From assembly GCA_977017645.1 (NCBI GenBank), contig OZ360225.1:167524001-167588000 (forward strand): a stretch of 64,000 nucleotides of DNA. Reading direction: 5' to 3'. The stretch is from Torpedo marmorata. Its lineage: Eukaryota. The translations under genes and the position numbers were made by a program. A model generated the notes under the pieces. It was not told the DNA's origin. It worked only from the letters and a program-made list of their open reading frames with translations, and made no database searches. Below are positions 23,734 through 36,584 of the stretch, in pieces (positions within the stretch are counted from its first letter, which is position 1; every line of letters begins with the position of its first letter).

Positions 23734-25109
23734 TGTTACAAATTCAAACCAGCAACGACAGAAGACGCAATGCAAAAGGGATAAAATTGAAATTTATATT
23801 TATTAAAGACAATTAAACATATAATTTCACAACAATTAACCCCACTATAAACGTCTATAAACACTATTCTTATCTAAAAGGTGTGTGTGTGTGTAAAGCC
23901 CAGACCATTACAGTCTGTGCCCAACCCTCATGTAAAAATAGAAAAACTTTCCCCAAAAACCCCAGGTCAGTCATAAAAACAAGTCAGTCAAAAAGAAAAT
24001 AATGCAGTCCACAAAAATTCACTCTTTATGTTCAGGGTCCAAATTCAGCTCTGTGTGCTGGCAAGAAGGACTTCTTAATGAACGTTGGAGAGAGACAATG
24101 ACTGTTTATGCTTATGAATACTTGGCTTGCTTTTCTTCTCTGATTACTTTCCCTTCTGGTGTTTTCACAAGGATTGCGAATTCAAATCCGTTTTGGATTT
24201 AGGCATGTACTTGGATCTCACAGCCGGTTCCTCACAAAAGCTGTTCTCAACTCAGGATTCTGCCGAATCATCAGGCCTTGTTTTTCTCCCAGCCGTTTCC
24301 CCTGGGATGCACAAGCCTGGACTTTTCTGATTCAAGAGACTCTGTGCTATTCTCCCAACTTATTCTCTGGGTTGCACAAGCCTAGATCCTGCTGAGTTCT
24401 CCCGCCTTTGCAACTCCAAAACTGCCACTGATTTAGTTTTCCACTTCAGGTCTTACAGTAGAGAGAGAGTTTCTCTAGCTATCTTCTTCCAAAGTTTCAC
24501 ACACCAAGTATCTTTCTACAGTTTGTCTCCCCTGGTGTCTCTCTCTGGTAAATACAAGAAGTCCTGGGCAAGTTAACTCTTTCAGTACCAGGTCCCAGTG
24601 TGTACTCCAAAAAAACTTCATCCTTCCTGCTTACCGTCCGCAGTCCAAACTGTCAGTCATGGTCCATAACACCCAGAGAGCAAACTGTTGCTGGATAAAA
24701 AAGTTTCTGAGGTGGAAATGATATTGCCTTTCTTTATGTTTTTTTCAGTTTGGCACCAAAACTGTTATGTTTACATCTTACAGCAGTCTTGCTTCTTTCT
24801 GCACCTGAAGGTTCCTTATGACTGTCAGCCTTGAATGGAAGCCAAAAATCTCCCAACCAGGCTGCTTAAATTTCAGTTCAGTATTGTAGTAAAGAATTAA
24901 GTTACCACTTAAATTGTATTAAGAGTATCCTATTCTAAACAGTTTTGACAGGAATCAATTTTAGTTCCTTCTTGGTGTACAATTTATTACAATGACAGTA
25001 GTTGATACTTTAGTTAAGTGAATCATTGACTAGAATTCAGTCTTTTACTTTTTTCTTTGTTATACTCTAATTTACATTATCCTTGCACAGAACCCTACAT
25101 ACAATAACA
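23734..25109 (-). mobile_element. Probable solo LTR (right boundary uncertain)
   Basis: Starts TGTTACA and is organised like the 19122-20163 solo LTR (TTTATT, AACCCCACTATA, (GT)n). Its first ~210 bp recur inverted at 33011-33226. No unambiguous TSD. Confidence 0.6.
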
Positions 25110-25159
25110 GGTTATAAATGCATCATATGTATCATTTATATACAATGCACTCAGTCCAT

Positions 25160-25830
25160 TCATCCAAGTCATTAATGTAGATTATAAATAGTTGAGGCTC
25201 CAGCACTGATCCCGATGGCAGCACATTTGTTAACCTGAAATGAGTCATATATCCAAAACCTCTATTTTCTTTTATTTAGCTCTTCTCTATTCATGCTCAT
25301 ATGATACGCCAAATGCCATGGCTTTTACCTGTTGCAAGAACCTTTTATATGGTAAAAAGCAATCTGCTGGAAGCTGTAGGTCAGGTAGCATCTTTGAAGG
25401 CAGAGGGATGGTCACTATTTTGGATCAAAACCTAGCATCAGGAGTTTATGGTATATCTTCTAGAAATCCAAATTCATTAAGTCTGTTTGTTCCCCTTTAT
25501 TCATCCTGCTTGTTACATCTTCCAAGAATTCTAATAAAATTTGTCCAACATGAATTCCCTTTCATTAAGCCAGGAAAGACTGTGCTTGACCATGTTTGAT
25601 TTTCTTAATGTCCTTCTACTACTTCCTTGTTAATGGATTCCAAAATTTTCCTTATGACAAACCTTAGGCAAACTGACCTACACCTTCCTGCATTCTGTCT
25701 TATTCCTTTTTTGTATAGATGTGTTACAATTACAGTTATTAAAAATTTATTGGAACCTTTCCTGAATCAAAAGAATTTTGGAAAGTTACAACCAACGCAT
25801 CTGCTGTCTCTTCTGCCTCTTCCCTTAAGA
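25160..25830 (-). mobile_element. Old CR1 fragment with a degenerate Penelope end inside (~25350-25443)
   Basis: GGCTCCAGCACTGATCCC (reverse of GSVLG), QHGFxKGNSC-like sequence and ...CRSVCLRFV. The similar stretch at 54690-54975 appears related. Confidence 0.55.
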
Positions 25831-26509
25831 CCTTGGAATACAGGCCAGTACATTACCTTGCATCTTTTTTTCATATGATAATGTTCCTACCTCCCTGTCA
25901 CTCTTTTGCATAACGGTTCTGCCATAATCAGGATGATCTTAATTGTGACATAAATTGGACAAATCACATTTGTAAAAATAGTCTGGAGAATGAGCTTATA
26001 GAGTACATTTGGGAGATTTGTTTAAAATGATATATTGTGGAATTAGGTAAGGAACATTTTATTTAAGATCTGGTCATGTAGTAATGCAACCAGCTTAGGT
26101 ACTGTCATACTCACGAATATTGAGATCATCAATCTGAAATGTTAACTCTGTTTCTATCAACCCAGCTGTCTGACATGCTGAGGATTTCCAGCTTTTTCTG
26201 CAGTGGTGAATCTGCCTTAGTAATGCAGCACAATAATAAAATGTTCGATACATAATTGATATTGTCTGATCAGAATTTACCAGAACATATCTAAATTTAT
26301 TTTAATGTGAACGCAATAGGAAGTCAGAGAAACTTTCTTTCATCAATTGAAATCACTGCAAAATGAATTACATTTTCTAATCTTAATTTCAAACATTTTA
26401 TCATTACAAAGGAAAGGCATACTGCCCTTAGAGGTAAGGTGACAAACTGATTCTGGGTTGAGGTGATTATCCTATTTGTTTTATATATATATATGAGTGC
26501 CATTAACAA

Positions 26510-29207
26510 AGTCTATCTAATTAAAGAGGAGATGGTTGCTGTGTTAAGGCAATTAAGGGTGGAGAAATCCCCAGGGCCTGACAAAATATTTTCTTGGACC
26601 TTGAGGAAGGCTAGTGTAGAAATTGCAGAGACCCTGGCAGATATACTGTATTTAACATGTCTTTAGCCACGGGTACAGTGTCGGAGGATTGGAGGGTATT
26701 TCATGTTTATCCGTTGTTTAAAAATAGTTCTAAAAATAATCCGGGAAATTGTAGGCCAGTGAGCCTGATGTCAGTAGTGGGTAGGTTATTAGAAGGTGTT
26801 CTAGGAGATCGGATATACAAGTATTTGGATAGACAGGGATTGATTAGGGATAGTCAATGTGGCTTTGTGCGTGGTAAGTTGTGTTTAACCAATCTTATAG
26901 AGTTTTTTTGAGGAGGTTACCAGGAAAGTTGATGAAGGAAAGGATATGGATGTTGACTACATGGACTCTTGAGAAGGTTCCACTTGGGAGGTTAGTCGGG
27001 AAGGTTCAGTCGCTTGGTGTTCATAGTGAGGTAGTAAATTGGATTAGATATTGGCTTTACGTGAGAAGCCAGAGAGGGCTACTGGATGATTGCCTATTTA
27101 ACTGGAGGCCTGTGACTAGTGGTGTGCCTCAGGGATCAGTGCTGGGACCATTGTTGTATCTCATCTATATCAATGATCTGGATGCTAATGTGGTAAATTG
27201 GATGAGCAAGTTTGCAGATGACACAAAGATTGGAGGTGTAGTGGACAGTGAGGAAAGCTTTCCAAGCTTTCAGAGGGATCTGGACCAGCTGAGAAAATGG
27301 GCTGCAAAATGGCAGATGGAATTTAATGTAGATAAATGTGAGGTGTGGCATTTTGGAAGCACAAACCAAGGTAGGACATACACAGTAAACAGTAGGACAT
27401 TGAGGAGTGCAGTAGGATGAAGGGATCTTGGAATACAGATCATAATTCCCTGAAAGGGATATTACAGGTAGACAGGGCTGTAAAGAGAGCTTTTGGTATA
27501 TTGCCCTTCACAAATCAAAGTATTGAGTAGAGGAATTGGGATGCTATGGTGAAGTTGTACATTGATGAGGTTGTACTTGATGATAAGTGACATTCGTGAG
27601 GTTCAATTTGGAGTATTGTGTGCAGTTTTGGTCACCTAACTACAGGAAAGATATCAATAAGATTGAAAGAGTGCAGAAGAGATTACAAGGATGTTGCCGG
27701 GACTTGAAGAACTGAGTGACAGGGAAAGGTTAAACAGATTAGGACTTTATTCCATGGAGCATAGAAGAATGAGGGGAGATTTGATAGAGGTATACACAAT
27801 TATGAAGGGTATAGATAGAGTAAATGCAAGTAGGCTTGTTTTCACTGTGATTAGGTGACATAAAAACTAGAGGGCATGCGTTAAGCGAGAAAGGGGAAAA
27901 GTTTAATGGGAACTTCTTTCATGCAGAGCGTGGTGGGAGTGTGGAATGATCTGTCAGCTGAATTGGTAAATGTAGGCTCAATTTTAACATTTAAGAAAAA
28001 AATTGGAATAAATTGGAATTTTATAAATTCCTTGAGATTGGAGTTTCCTTTAGATTTAAAGTTAGTAATCATAGAAAAGGTTTTTACTATCACTCCTGAT
28101 ATACCAAAACCATTGTCAGTATTTTATAACCTTTTAAAAGAAATTGTGATACAGCATGTGGATAAAATAAAGGAGGCTTGGGAAAGAGATTTTTTAGAAG
28201 TTTTTTCACCTTCAGTGTGGTCCAATATTTTGGACCGTATCCATACCTCTTCATTATGTGCAAGACATTATTTAATTAAATTCAAAGTAGTTCACAGAGC
28301 TCATTACTCAAAATCTTTACTGGCTAAATTTTCATCAAATATATCATCTATGTGTGATAGATGTAATGTTCATGGAGGTACATTATTTCACATGTTTTGG
28401 TTGTGCCCTAAATTTTTTGTACTCTTTCTTTGGTTTTAACTACTCAATTAGATCCAAATCCATTTATAGCAATATTTGGTATAAATGATCCTAGTAATCA
28501 TGATCTTACTAATAATCAAAAACATGTGATTGCTTTTTCTTCTCTGGTTGCAAGGCGACAGATCTTGCTAAAATGGAAGGATGGTAATCCTCCTATATAT
28601 GAAGATTGACTATCAAGTTTAATGTCCTATTTAACATGAGAAAAGATTAGATGTTCAAATATTAAATTAAACCTAAAATTTACTAATATTTGGGGTTCCT
28701 TTATCGACTATTATCAGAGTTTATGATTCCTCATGATTTGAAGTTATATTATTTCTATAGGTCAGTGCAATTCTGGGGTGGGGGTAGGTGGTAGGCTAGT
28801 TTAGATTGTTTTAGCTTTTATAAAAAAATGTATTATGATGAAATTACTATATTATCTTTTTTTTGTGGCTTGGTTCTTTTTATACCTTTTGGTATTATAA
28901 TACTAAATTGTAAAGAAAAAAAATTGATATATATCTGTAATGTATTCTCTGTTATGGATGGATTAATGGAACATATGATAATGCTTTTCATTGCTTTTTT
29001 TTTCTGTAAACGTATATAGTGAATGAACTGTTATATCCATGATTTTATGGAATTAATAAAGAGATTTTAAAAAGAAAGAAAAAAATTTGGTCGGTACATG
29101 GACAGGAGGGGTATGGAGGGATCTGGTCTGGGTGCAGGTCAGATAGTTTGGCACAGACTAGAAGGGCCAAATGGCCTGTTTCTGTGCTGTAATGTTCTAT
29201 GGTTCTC
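26510..29207 (+). mobile_element. CR1 LINE, 5'-truncated, interrupted by L1 (28007-29075)
   Basis: KSPGPD, NCRPVSL, VPQGSVLGP and FADDTK in ORFs 26463-27420. 3' tail TGTTCTATGGTTCT at ~29200. Confidence 0.92.
28007..29075 (+). mobile_element. L1 3' fragment (second family) inserted in CR1
   Basis: FKVVHRAHY...CDRC..HGGTLFHMFWLCP. AATAAA plus A-rich tail. TSD AAGAAAAAAAT(T)TGG at 27993-28006 and 29076-29090. Confidence 0.9.
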
Positions 29208-29379
29208 TAATTCCAACTGACTTTGAGGATGTAATGATTAATTAGCTCATTGAGTAGTTGTCATCTGTGCTCCCACATTACTTTGGGCAAAGGCAAATTG
29301 CATTGACATGAGGCTTTAACACATAATGCCTTTGTGTTTCTAAGCAGTAGTGGGTATATGTGTGGAGGATTCTGTCAGA

Positions 29380-30000
29380 GAAACCTCAGAAGTTGTTGTA
29401 TTGACCCTTGTAGATGCCATTAGGTTGATGGGATTGCCCTGGATGGCATTAAGCAACTTAAGAGTTCTGTGGTTAGTGGAGGATATATCATCACTTTCCC
29501 TTCCTGGGCCTTGTTGACAATGGAAATACTTGAGAAACTGGGAAGCCTGTCATTTGCCACAGAATACCCAGCCTCTAGTAGACACAATATTTCTGTCTGG
29601 TCCAGTTATGTTTGTGGTCAACAGTGACTCTTAGAATGTTCATGTAGATTTAATAAGGTAATGACTTTGAATATCAAGGGAAAGAGGCCAGATATTTTTC
29701 TTGTAAGGAATGGTAGTTGTTGATATTTGTATAGAATAAACGCTACTTTCCATTTTTGTAGTATAGGCCTGTCTAATGCTAGGCCTTGTATGCGAATGCG
29801 CTACAGGCAACTTTGTTATCTGAGGAATTGCAAACGTAACCCAATGGTGTACATTCATCAATGAACACTTGCACTTCTGACATTATAATAGAGAGATTTT
29901 TTTCTTTGAAGTATTTGAAGCTGGTTGAGCTGAGGATCTCCTGTAGTTACATTTTACCGCTTGAAAGGCGGACTCCAAACCATCCAGCCACCTTCAAGGT
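29380..30000 (-). mobile_element. Highly degenerate LINE fragment (CR1/Jockey-group, unassigned)
   Basis: Similar by eye to 55720-56110. No intact ORF. Confidence 0.35.
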
Positions 30001-30184
30001 ATGAAGGTAACTCAAATAAGATAGGAAGAAATTTTAGAGTTAGAGAGAAATGAGCCCTTGAAGGGAATTGAAAAAAATAATATTTAAGAAGCAAAGTTAT
30101 CTCTTGTAGCACAGGAGTGATTGGTCTCTGACACTTGGAAGGATGAGCTCACATTGGATGAAGCATCTCTTACAATATTGAAAG

Positions 30185-30410
30185 GCACAATTCAGTCCAT
30201 TGAGTCTATGCCATTTTTCAGAGGAAATCCAACAAACCCTGTAACATATTTTCTTTCATATGTCCATCAACTCCACCCTGACTTTCCTGTCACCTAGCGA
30301 GGGGTAATTTACAGTAAGCAGTTAACCAAACACATCTTTGAGATGTGGGAGGGAATTGGAACATCTAGGGGAAATCCGAATGTGCAACACAGATGGCAAT
30401 TGAGCCCAGT
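30185..30410 (-). mobile_element. Degenerate tRNA-derived V-SINE-like element, split by Penelope; its 5' end continues at ~31876-31931
   Basis: CATCTTTGAGATGTGGGAGGGAATTGGAAC..GGGGAAATCC is the reverse of the V-domain. The tRNA-like head GGAGCTGTAAGGCAGCAACACTACCTGCTACACC lies after the Penelope. Confidence 0.55.
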
Positions 30411-31875
30411 GAAACACGAAAGGCTGTGACGGTAGTAAAAACACAGAAATGCTGGAGGAACTCAGCAGGTCTTGCAGCATCCATAGGAGGTAAAGATATA
30501 TTACTGACGTTTTGAGCCTGAGCCCTTCCTCAAAGTATGAGTAAAAAGCAGGCAGGCACTGAAATTAAAAGGCTGGTGAAAAGGGAAGAATGGGACAAAA
30601 AGTGTTAACTGGATAGGATAAGAGGACAGGAGAGAGGAAAGCTGAGAATTGATTGGGGAGGGGGGTTGTTTTTGGCTCCATGAAAGGAGACAGGGAGACA
30701 GAGGGAAAAAGGAAGAGAGAGACAGACCTAGAGGAATGGAGACAGAAACTGGAGAAGTCGATGTTAATGCTATCAGGTTGGAGTGTGCCCGAACGGAATA
30801 TAAGGTGTTGTTCCTCCAATTTGCGGTGGTCTCAGTCTGGCAGTGCATGAGACCATGGACAGACATGTTGGCAAGGAATGGGGCGAGAAATTGTAATGGG
30901 TGGCCACTGGGAGATCCCCGCTATTGTGGCAGACAGAGCCGAGGTGCTCAACAAAATAATCTCCCAGTCTGCGTCCAATCTCTCCAATGTAGAAGAGACC
31001 ACAATGGGAGCACTGGATACAGTAGATGACCATTGCAGATTCACAAGTGAAATGTTGCTTCACTTGGAAGGACTTTTTGGGGCCCCGAATGGTGGTGAGG
31101 GAGGAGGTGTGGGCGGAAGTAGAGCGCCTTCTGCATTCACAAGGGTAGGTTCCAAGGGGGCAATTGGTGGGGAGGGAGGAGTGGACGAGAGAGTCATGGA
31201 GGGAGTGGTCCCTATGGAAGGCAGAGAGGGAAGGAGAGGGGAAGATGTGTCTGGTGGTGGGATCACGTAGTAGGTGGCCGAAATGGTGGAGGATGATATG
31301 TTTGATGCAGAGGCAGGTGGGTTGCAAGGTGAGGACATGGGGAATCCTGTCCTTGTTGTGTGTTAGGGCGGAGGGGGCCAGAGCAGATGTGCAGGTAATG
31401 GAGGATATCCGGGTGAGGGCCGAGTTGATGGTGATAGAGGGGAAGCCATGCTGTTTGAAGAAGAAGGACATCTCTGATGATCTGGCATGGAAGACCTTGT
31501 TCTGGGAGAAGATGTGATGGAGACAAAGGAATTTAGATAAAGGGATGGAATCCTTACAGGGGATAGGGTGTGAAGAGTTGTAGTCAAGGTAGTTGTGGGA
31601 GTTGGTGGGTCTCTAGAAGATGTCTGTCAAGAGTTTGTCTCCCGAGATGGAGACAGAGAGATTGAGAAAAGCGACAGTGTTGTTAGAGATGTACCAAGTG
31701 AATTTGAGGTCAGGGTGGAAGCTGGCAGCAAAATGGATAAAGTTGAAGAGCTCATCATGGGTTCATGAGCCAACATCAAATAGTCGTTGTCATCGATGTA
31801 GCGGAGGAAGAGTTGAGGAGCCTTGCCTGTGTAGGCTTGTAGCATGGATTGCTCCAAGTAGCCAACAAAAAGGCA
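30411..31875 (-). mobile_element. Penelope-like element, 5'-truncated (RT C-terminus, GIY-YIG, pLTR)
   Basis: ORF 31627-31917 has LFVGYLE...FLRYIDD. ORF 30773-31471 has FTCESAMVIYCIQCSHCGLFYIGEIGRRLGDYFVEH (GIY-YIG). Confidence 0.93.
30500..30539 (-). ncRNA. Degenerate minimal hammerhead motif in Penelope pLTR
   Basis: Minus strand CATACT TTGAGGA A GGGC TCAG GCTC AAAA CGTC AGTAA. The GAAA box is mutated. Confidence 0.45.
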
Positions 31876-33010
31876 AGCATTTGAGCCCAAGACACTGGAG
31901 CTGTAAGGCAGCAACACTACCTGCTACACCAATGTACATATCCAGTGCCTTCAGTGTGAATACATGGGACTAATTATTAAAATGAATAATATGTATCAAC
32001 AGCCTTTTCTTATTGTGACATTTTTCCCTAGACTGAGTATCATAGCTGTGTTTACTGACAATCAAACATTCTCCATACACCCTCAATGTTGCCAAGAGAA
32101 ATATTTTATGTTCAGATTACTATGTTAAGACATCTGGATATTTCCTCCTTGAACTATTTGTCATGGATAAACTTACTTAGACAATTAAGAATTCTAACCA
32201 ACCCTAAATAAGGCCTATCACCTGTGCTTTACTCCTCTGAATCCCTTAAAACATCTAACCCTGAAAATGCATTGCCATTTCTGAGTCAAAAGTCAACTAA
32301 TTGATAGGAACTGATTATTATCAACAATCAACCATTCAATTTTCCTTGAGTCTTGCACCAATCAAAATTACAGAAGGCAAACTCTCAATACCATGATCCA
32401 GCAATTCCTCTGTTCATGTGAGAGAATTAGACCATGATATTGCTTTAGGAGAGAGTGCCATGTTGAATTTCAGTGGAACTTCGGAACCAAGGAATAGTGT
32501 TTCAATTTATGAGTAAAATCTTGGAGAGATTAGGAAACAAGAATCTAAATAATTCCTCCTCATGCTTGCCAATGAATTTTTATCTCCATAATGTTCTGAA
32601 ATGTCAGACGAGATTAACTACTCAAGTCACGCAGAGTTAAGAGTGGTACTAACTGAGCCAAGCTAACACCCATGCTTTACAATCCACAGCATGATATGTC
32701 AAAGCATGTTGAAGAATTTGGTAATCATTCACTTCAACCTGCTACTGCTCAGCTGAAACGATGAAATTATGTTAGTATTTCTGGAAACAGTTGAATAATT
32801 AGATCAAGCCAATGATAAGAAAACAAAGCAAGGCGGCTCCTCCTTAATGTTTTGGTACTCCACCTTGATGTCAGAAAGCTAGATGCACTGCCAAGTCAGG
32901 GATCAGCATACAATGTCTGTAGACAGCTAGAGCTTTTTCACATTAGGCGAGTTGCCACATGAACAGATACACAGCCACTACCTGACAAAATGTACATCGC
33001 ACCTGCAAAC

Positions 33011-33226
33011 TTGGGGAAGGTTTTCCATTTTTACATGAGGGTTGGGCACAGACTGTAATGGTCTGGGCTTTACACACACTCTTTAGATAAGAATAGTGTT
33101 TATAGACGTTTATAGTTGGGTTGATTGTTGTGAAATTATATGTTTAATTGTCTTTAATAAATATAAATTTCAATTTTACCCCTTTTGCATTGCGTCTTCT
33201 GTCGTTGCTGGTTTGAGTTTGTAACA
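33011..33226 (+). mobile_element. Truncated inverted copy of the LTR-like element at 23734
   Basis: Reverse complement of ~23734-23953, ending TGTAACA. Confidence 0.8.
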
Positions 33227-34390
33227 GAGCTCATCCATTCTCCCACTCAGCCCCACTCCCCTACTTTCTCCCCATAATCTCTGAAACCCTGACTATTCAG
33301 AGACCTGTCAATCTCTGCCTTAAATACACCCAATGTCTTGGCCGCCACAGCCACCCGTGGTAGCAAATTCCAGAGGATTATCACTCTCTCGCTAAAGAAA
33401 TTCCTCTGCGTCTCTGTTTTAAATGGGCGTCCTTTAATTCTGAAGTTGTTCCCTCCTGTCCTAGACTTCCCTACTATGGGAAACAACTTTTCCACATCTT
33501 CTGTCTAGGCCTTTCAACATTCTAAATGCTTCTTCTATGAGGTTCCCCTCATTCTTCTGAACTCGAATGAGTACAGACCAAGAGCTATCAAATGTTCCTC
33601 ACAGGCTAATCCCTTCATTCCAGGAATCATTCTTTTTTATTTTATTTTTTTTAATTATTTTATTTAAACTTTTAAATCACAAAATACATAAAATAAAATA
33701 TAAAATTGTCAAAATACATGTGATACATTTTCACCCCCCCCACCTCCCTCCCCTCCCTAACTCCCTCATCCCCACTAATCTAGTAATATAAAGTAAAAGT
33801 AAAAATAAAAATAGAAAAAGGAAAGAAAGGAAAAGATAGAATAAAGGGAATATCATCTATAAACTAATTCTATTACGGAGGTCAAATGTGCCAGTAGATC
33901 CGATATCTAGAGATCTTCAAATCCCTAAACCCACAGCTCTCATATATGGGCTCCAAATTTTCAAAAAAAAAAAAGATATTTATTACGTAACCAGGAATCA
34001 TTCTTGTGATTCTTCTTCGAACCCTCTCCAATGCCAGAACACCCTTTCTTAAATAAGGAGTCCAAAGCTATATACTGTATTCCAAGTGCCTTTTTAAGCC
34101 TTAACATCACATCCCTGCTATGAATGCCAACATTGCTTTTGTCTTCTTCACCACTGACTCAATCTGGAGGTTAACCTTTAAGGTATCCTGCACGATGACT
34201 CCCAAGTCCATTTGCATCTTCAAATTTTGAATTTTATCCCTTTTATTCCTTCTACCAAGGTGCATGACCATACACTCTACAACACTTTCTATTATTTGCC
34301 ATTTCTTGGACCATTCTACTAATCTATCTAAGTCTCTCTTCATTCTCTCAGTTTCCTCCTCACTACCTGCCCCTCCACCTTATCTTTGTA
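33227..34390 (-). mobile_element. CR1 3' fragment interrupted by L1 (33635-33990)
   Basis: ORFs 33247-33495 (RNFFSERV..LWNLLP) and 34107-34343 (DLDRLVEWSKKWQ). Confidence 0.85.
33635..33990 (-). mobile_element. L1 3' fragment (same family as 20353-22938)
   Basis: Near-identical to 20360-20698. TSD CCAGGAATCATTCTT (33620-33634, 33991-34005). Confidence 0.93.
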
Positions 34391-35044
34391 GAATTCCAGT
34401 CAACAGGTTCATTTCCATTCTTTCGCCCAAATGGATTTCCAGTGATAACATACCGTATTTCCTATTTATTCTTTCTGTAAGAATTTCTGTGGATCAAAGT
34501 TCTTCCTGTTAACCTTCATAATATAGTGCTACTTCTGTACATATCTCAGTCCATTCTTTTCTATCATTCAGAATTTCTGATGTCAGAACTGTCCTTTGTA
34601 CTGTATTTGCATCGATCGCACTATTTTTCATTTCCCTCTATTACAACTACAATGAAAGTGTTAAGATGCAAAGAGTGCAATATCTGACCCGACCCCCCCC
34701 CCCCACCAATTCCGATCCTTGTAAAGGAGTAAAAGGATGCATCTAGCTTAACAAATTTAACATTGTAATGCTTCAAAGTGCTTCACACTCCAGCTGAAAA
34801 TCATGCCACTATTTTGGGATATTCTCGGCCATATCTTTAGTTTTTACAACATTGGTCAGACATCAGGTTACTGAAAGCTACAGATCTTGCCAAGCACAGA
34901 AGATTATGTAATAGATTGTGGAGCAGAGACTCCAAAAACAATTAAATTAGCTCCCATTATAAAGGACTTGAAGGCTCAAACTAAGCTAAACACCTGAAAA
35001 TATACTGGAAAAAATGTTCGGTTTTTGGAGGTTTTCAGTTTTCG

Positions 35045-36005
35045 GAATCTGGAAGTCAATATCTAGTGAAGTTCCACAGGGATCTGTTCCGGGACCCCTG
35101 CTCATTGTGATTTTCATAAATGACCTGGACGAAGAAGTGGAAGCATGGGTCAGTAAGTTTGCAGATGACACGAAGGTTGGAGGTGTTGTGGATAGTGTAG
35201 AAGGTTGCCGTAGGTTACAACAAGAGAGAAGTGGCAGATGGAGTGCAATCCGGAAAAATGCAAAGTTTTGCATTTTGGAAGGTCGAACTTGAAAGTGGAG
35301 TACATGGTTAATGATAGGATTCTTAACGGTGTAGAAGAATATAGGGACCTTGGTGTCCAAATTCATAGATCTCCCAAGGTTGCCATGCAGGTTGATAGGG
35401 TAGTTTAGAAGGCTTATTGTATGCTCATTAGTCAGGGATTGAGTTCAAGAGTTGTGAGGTAATGTTGCAGCTCTATAAAACTCTCATTAGACCACACTTG
35501 GATTATTTTGTTCAGTTCTGGTTGCCTCATTACAGTAAGGATATGGAAGCTTTGGAGAGGGTGCAGAGGAGATTTACCAGGCTGTTGCCTGGATTGGAGT
35601 GTATGTCTTGTGAGGCAAGGTTAATGGAGCTAGGGCTTTTCTCTTTGGAGCAAAGAAGGGTGAGAGGTGACTTAATAGAGGTCTATAAGATTATAAGAGG
35701 CATAGATAGGGTGGACAGCCCACACCTTTTTCATGGAGTGACAGTGCAAATACCAGAGAAAAGTTTAGGGGAGACATCAGGGGTAATTAATTTTACACAG
35801 AGAGTAGTGGGTGCCTGGAATGCATTGGCAGGGGTGGTGGTGGAGGCTGGTACAATAGGGACATTTAAATGATTCTGAGGCACACGGATGCAAGTAAAAT
35901 AGAGGCTTATGGGTGTGAGGTAGGAAAGTTTAGATTGTTGAGTAGATTTATATATGTCAGTACAACATTGTGGGCCGATGGGTCTGTACTATGCTGTATT
36001 GTTCT
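35045..36005 (+). mobile_element. CR1 3' fragment
   Basis: VPQGSVPGP, FADDTK and LYKTLIRPHLDY..QFW. CR1 3' UTR at ~35970. Confidence 0.9.
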
Positions 36006-36014
36006 AATTAAAAA

Positions 36015-36385
36015 ATAAGAACTGAACACAATTCTCTCAGTGTGGTCTAACTAGAGTTAATAGAGCTGCAACATTACCTCATGGATCTTGAGCTCAATTA
36101 CCTGATTAGTGAAGACCAGCACCATACGTTTTCTTAACTACCCCATCAACTTGCTCAGGAACCTTGAGAGATCTATGGTCTTTGACCCCAAGATCCCTCT
36201 GTTCCTCCACACTGCTAAGAATCCTGCCATTACCCATGTACTGCCCCTTCAAGTTCGATTTCCCACTTCACACTTTTCCAGATTGAACTCCATCCTCTAC
36301 TTTTCTGCCAAACTCTGAATCATCTGCAAAGTTACTGACCCATCTCCCCCATCACTTCTTTGTCCCAGTCGCTTGTAAAAATCAG
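36015..36385 (-). mobile_element. CR1 internal fragment
   Basis: Reverse-complement similarity to CR1 ORF2 (VMLQL, DLGV, KCEV). Confidence 0.7.
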
Positions 36386-36584
36386 ACACTAACTGATTAA
36401 AACCAGATACGGATTTTATCCAGGTATCAGATCTGAAACCTGAAGAAAACTTAAAATATTCTCAGGGCTTGCGGTGGTGCTTAAATGTATTTTCCATCAT
36501 AGACATTGAAAAAGCAGAGATAAGTCATGTTGGTTTCTTTTGCCAATCACCCTTAAATTGTAGGCTTTTTTTTGTCAACCTGAA

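Noticed and set aside
23720-25113. GGTT as TSD of the 23.7-25.1 kb LTR-like element
   Set aside because: This would require a start at 23724, but the second copy at 33226 places the terminus at 23734. The boundary is left unresolved.
31960-33000. Unique-looking DNA as gene or enhancer
   Set aside because: There is no supportable signal from sequence alone.
34390-34660. Minus-strand 40-codon ORF (MKNSAIDANTVQ...) as an exon
   Set aside because: It is short, I recognise no homology, and the other frames are closed.
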